DNA of 64,000 nucleotides. It comes from Pristiophorus japonicus (lineage: Eukaryota). A program made the position numbers and the translations under genes. Each line of letters opens with the position of its first letter. The stretch's first letter is position 1. The notes under the pieces were generated by a model. That model did no database searches. It saw only the letters and a list, made by a program, of their open reading frames with translations, and was not told the origin of the DNA. The stretch spans positions 93,124,001 to 93,188,000 of the forward strand of contig NC_091988.1 of NCBI RefSeq assembly GCF_044704955.1, given 5' to 3'. This document shows positions 62,022-64,000 of this stretch, in pieces.

Positions 62022-62910
62022 GGGCTCAAGTTTCGGCCTGAGTTGCTCCTATTTTTTTGGAGCAACTAGTTTAGAATGGAGACTCTTAGAAATTGCAATT
62101 CTTGGCATTTAGTTTGCTCCAGTCCTAGTAAGTTAGAATAGTTCCATTTCAGAACAGATTTTTTTTTCAAAAGGGGGTGTGTCCAGCCACTTACGCCTGT
62201 TTTGCAAGTTTAGGCAGCGAAAACTTACTCCAAACTAAATTAGAATGGAGTAAGTGTAGATTTTTGTACGCTGAGAAAAACCTTGTCTACACTTATAAAT
62301 CAGGCGTAGGGACTGAGAGATGGGGGGGAGGGGGAAAGGGGTTTACAAACATTAAACACTTCACTTTTACAAATAAAGAGCCATCATCAATAATAAATGA
62401 TAAATAAATCAATAAATCAACCAATAAAATGTTTTAAAAAAATCAATCAATAAATAAAAAATTAAGTTTCTACTCACCGACTGCAGCACCAAAAGCTCTC
62501 CAACAGCATGCTGGGACGCCCCCCCCCCCCCGCCCCCCCAGTGTCTCTCTCTCTGTCAGTGTCTCTCTCTCTCTCTGACAGTGTCGCTCTGTCTGTCAGT
62601 GTCTCTCTCTCTCTGTCAGTGTCTCTCTCTCTCTCTCTCTCTCTCTGTCAGTGTCTCTCTCTCTCTGTCAGTGTCTCTCTCTCTGTCAGTGTCTCTCTCT
62701 CTCTGTCAGTGTCTCTCTCTCTCTCTGACAGTGTCGCTCTGTCTGTCAGTGTCTCTCTCTCTCTCTCTCTCTCTCTGTCAGTGTCTCTCTCTCTGTCAGT
62801 GTCTCTCTCTCTCTGTCAGTGTCTCTCTCTCTCTCTGACAGTGTCGCTCTGTCTGTCAGTGTCTCTCTCTCTCTCTCTCTCTCTCTCTGACAGTGTCGCT
62901 CTGTCTGTCA

Positions 62911-62945
<35 letters not shown>

Positions 62946-63751
62946 AGTGTCTCTCTCTGTCAGTGTCTCTCTCTCTCTGTCAGTGTCTCTCTCTCTCTGT
63001 CAGTGTCTCTCTCTCTCTCTCTCTCTCTGTCAGTGTCTCTCTCTCTCGCTCTCTGTCAGTGTCTCTCTCTCTCTCTCTCTCTGACAATGTCTCTCTCTCT
63101 GTCAGTGTCTCTCTCTCTGTCAGTGTTTCTCTGTGTTTCTGACAGCGAGGGGTGGGGGGGGAGGAGGGAGGGAGGGGGGAGAGGGGGAGATAGGAGGGGG
63201 AGAGAGGAGGGGGAGGCTGAACGGGCTCCGTCGACGAGTGGAAGCCAGGCCGCCGAAGACTTCGGGCGGGGCCCGCCCCCAGCAAGATGCCGGGCGGGCC
63301 TCGCCGACGACGTGGAGGGAGGGGGAGGGGGCTGGGGGGAGGAGGGGAATGGCTGAATGGGAGGGAGGGGGGGAGAACAGGAGCTGAACGGGAGGGAGGG
63401 AGGCAGGGACTGGGAGCTGAACGGGAGACCCGAGTCCGATCTTCGCCCGGGGAGTCCATTCGGCCAGGGCTCGGGGCGGCGTGCTTCGGGCCCCTCCCAC
63501 GCAACCTCGGGGCGAGGAGCTACTGCACATGCGTGCACACTCTAGTGTGCATGTGCAGAGGTCCCGGCTCTGTTTTCAGTACAGGGACCTGGCTCTGCCC
63601 CCGACCCCGTGTGCTGTGCTACGCCAAGCACGAAGACGTCCTGAGGAGCTTAGACAATCACAAGGTAAGTTTTCGGACCCCTTTTTATTCCAGAAAATCT
63701 GCGCAGCTTATGGAGGTGCACCGTTCTTACAGAGGGCGGAAACTGGGGCCC
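62022..63751. mobile_element. 1.73-kb non-autonomous TIR element (Harbinger-like) with an internal microsatellite
   Basis: TIRs gggctcaagtttcggcc and ggcggaaactggggccc; 3-bp TSD aag at 62019-62021 and 63752-63754; the host RTE rejoins across it. Confidence 0.85.
62540..63135. repeat. Compound repeat [gtcagtgt(ct)n]m
   Basis: Direct inspection. Source of the Ser/Leu/Val ORFs. Confidence 0.95.
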
Positions 63752-64000
63752 AAGGTGACTGATGAGAATAATGCGGGACCTACAGTCTCTGTCACAGGTG
63801 GGGCACATTGTGGTTGAGGGGGCGGGTGGGTGGGGTGCTTGATTTGAAGTACACTCCTTTCGTTGTTTGTACTTGGCTTCCGCGTGCTCCCGGCGGAGAG
63901 ACTCGGAAGTGTTCGGCGTCTTCTCAGATGCTCCTCATCCACTTTGAGCGGTCTTGTGCCAGGGATTCCCAAGAGTCGGTGGGGATGTTACATTTTTTCA

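Larger units (their letters stand above)
61962..64000 (-). mobile_element. RTE LINE 3' end, split by a TIR element and running off the window
   Basis: 61965-62021 plus 63755-64000 align with the RTE at 26315-26610 (gtgactg...acagtctctgtcacaggtggg). Confidence 0.8.

Noticed and set aside
62508-63817. GC-rich ORFs and CpG island suggesting a second gene promoter
   Set aside because: Nearly all of it lies within a TIR element nested in an RTE. The ORFs arise from microsatellite and G-rich sequence.

Overview
Repeat-dense vertebrate genomic DNA. The element repertoire (CR1, L2, RTE and Tx1 LINEs, Deu-domain SINEs, LF-SINE-like elements, Gypsy LTR elements, GC-rich TIR elements) points to a cartilaginous fish, probably a shark (inference). 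The only host-gene signal I can support is a 55-nt coding exon at 6723-6777 (+), MPGWRKSFTSCLQRLHDE followed by a GT donor, in a CpG-rich island. It resembles the Cys11-palmitoylated alternative N-terminus of GRIP2 (pABP-L) or GRIP1b, so the remaining ~57 kb is probably the start of a very large intron. That stretch holds many nested insertions with readable target-site duplications (TSDs), two Gypsy elements, three near-identical young CR1 copies, two minisatellites and a ~1.07-kb pyrimidine tract. The most unusual item is a ~240-bp poly(A)-tailed element present twice (14221-14464 and 48280-48497, both minus strand). It is built from rearranged U2 snRNA stem-loops (SLIII-SLIII-SLIV-SLI) and is a candidate U2-derived SINE family. 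Most long ORFs in the supplied track are TE fragments or low-complexity artefacts. All family names come from motif recognition and recalled sequences, not database searches. Boundaries without a stated TSD are approximate.
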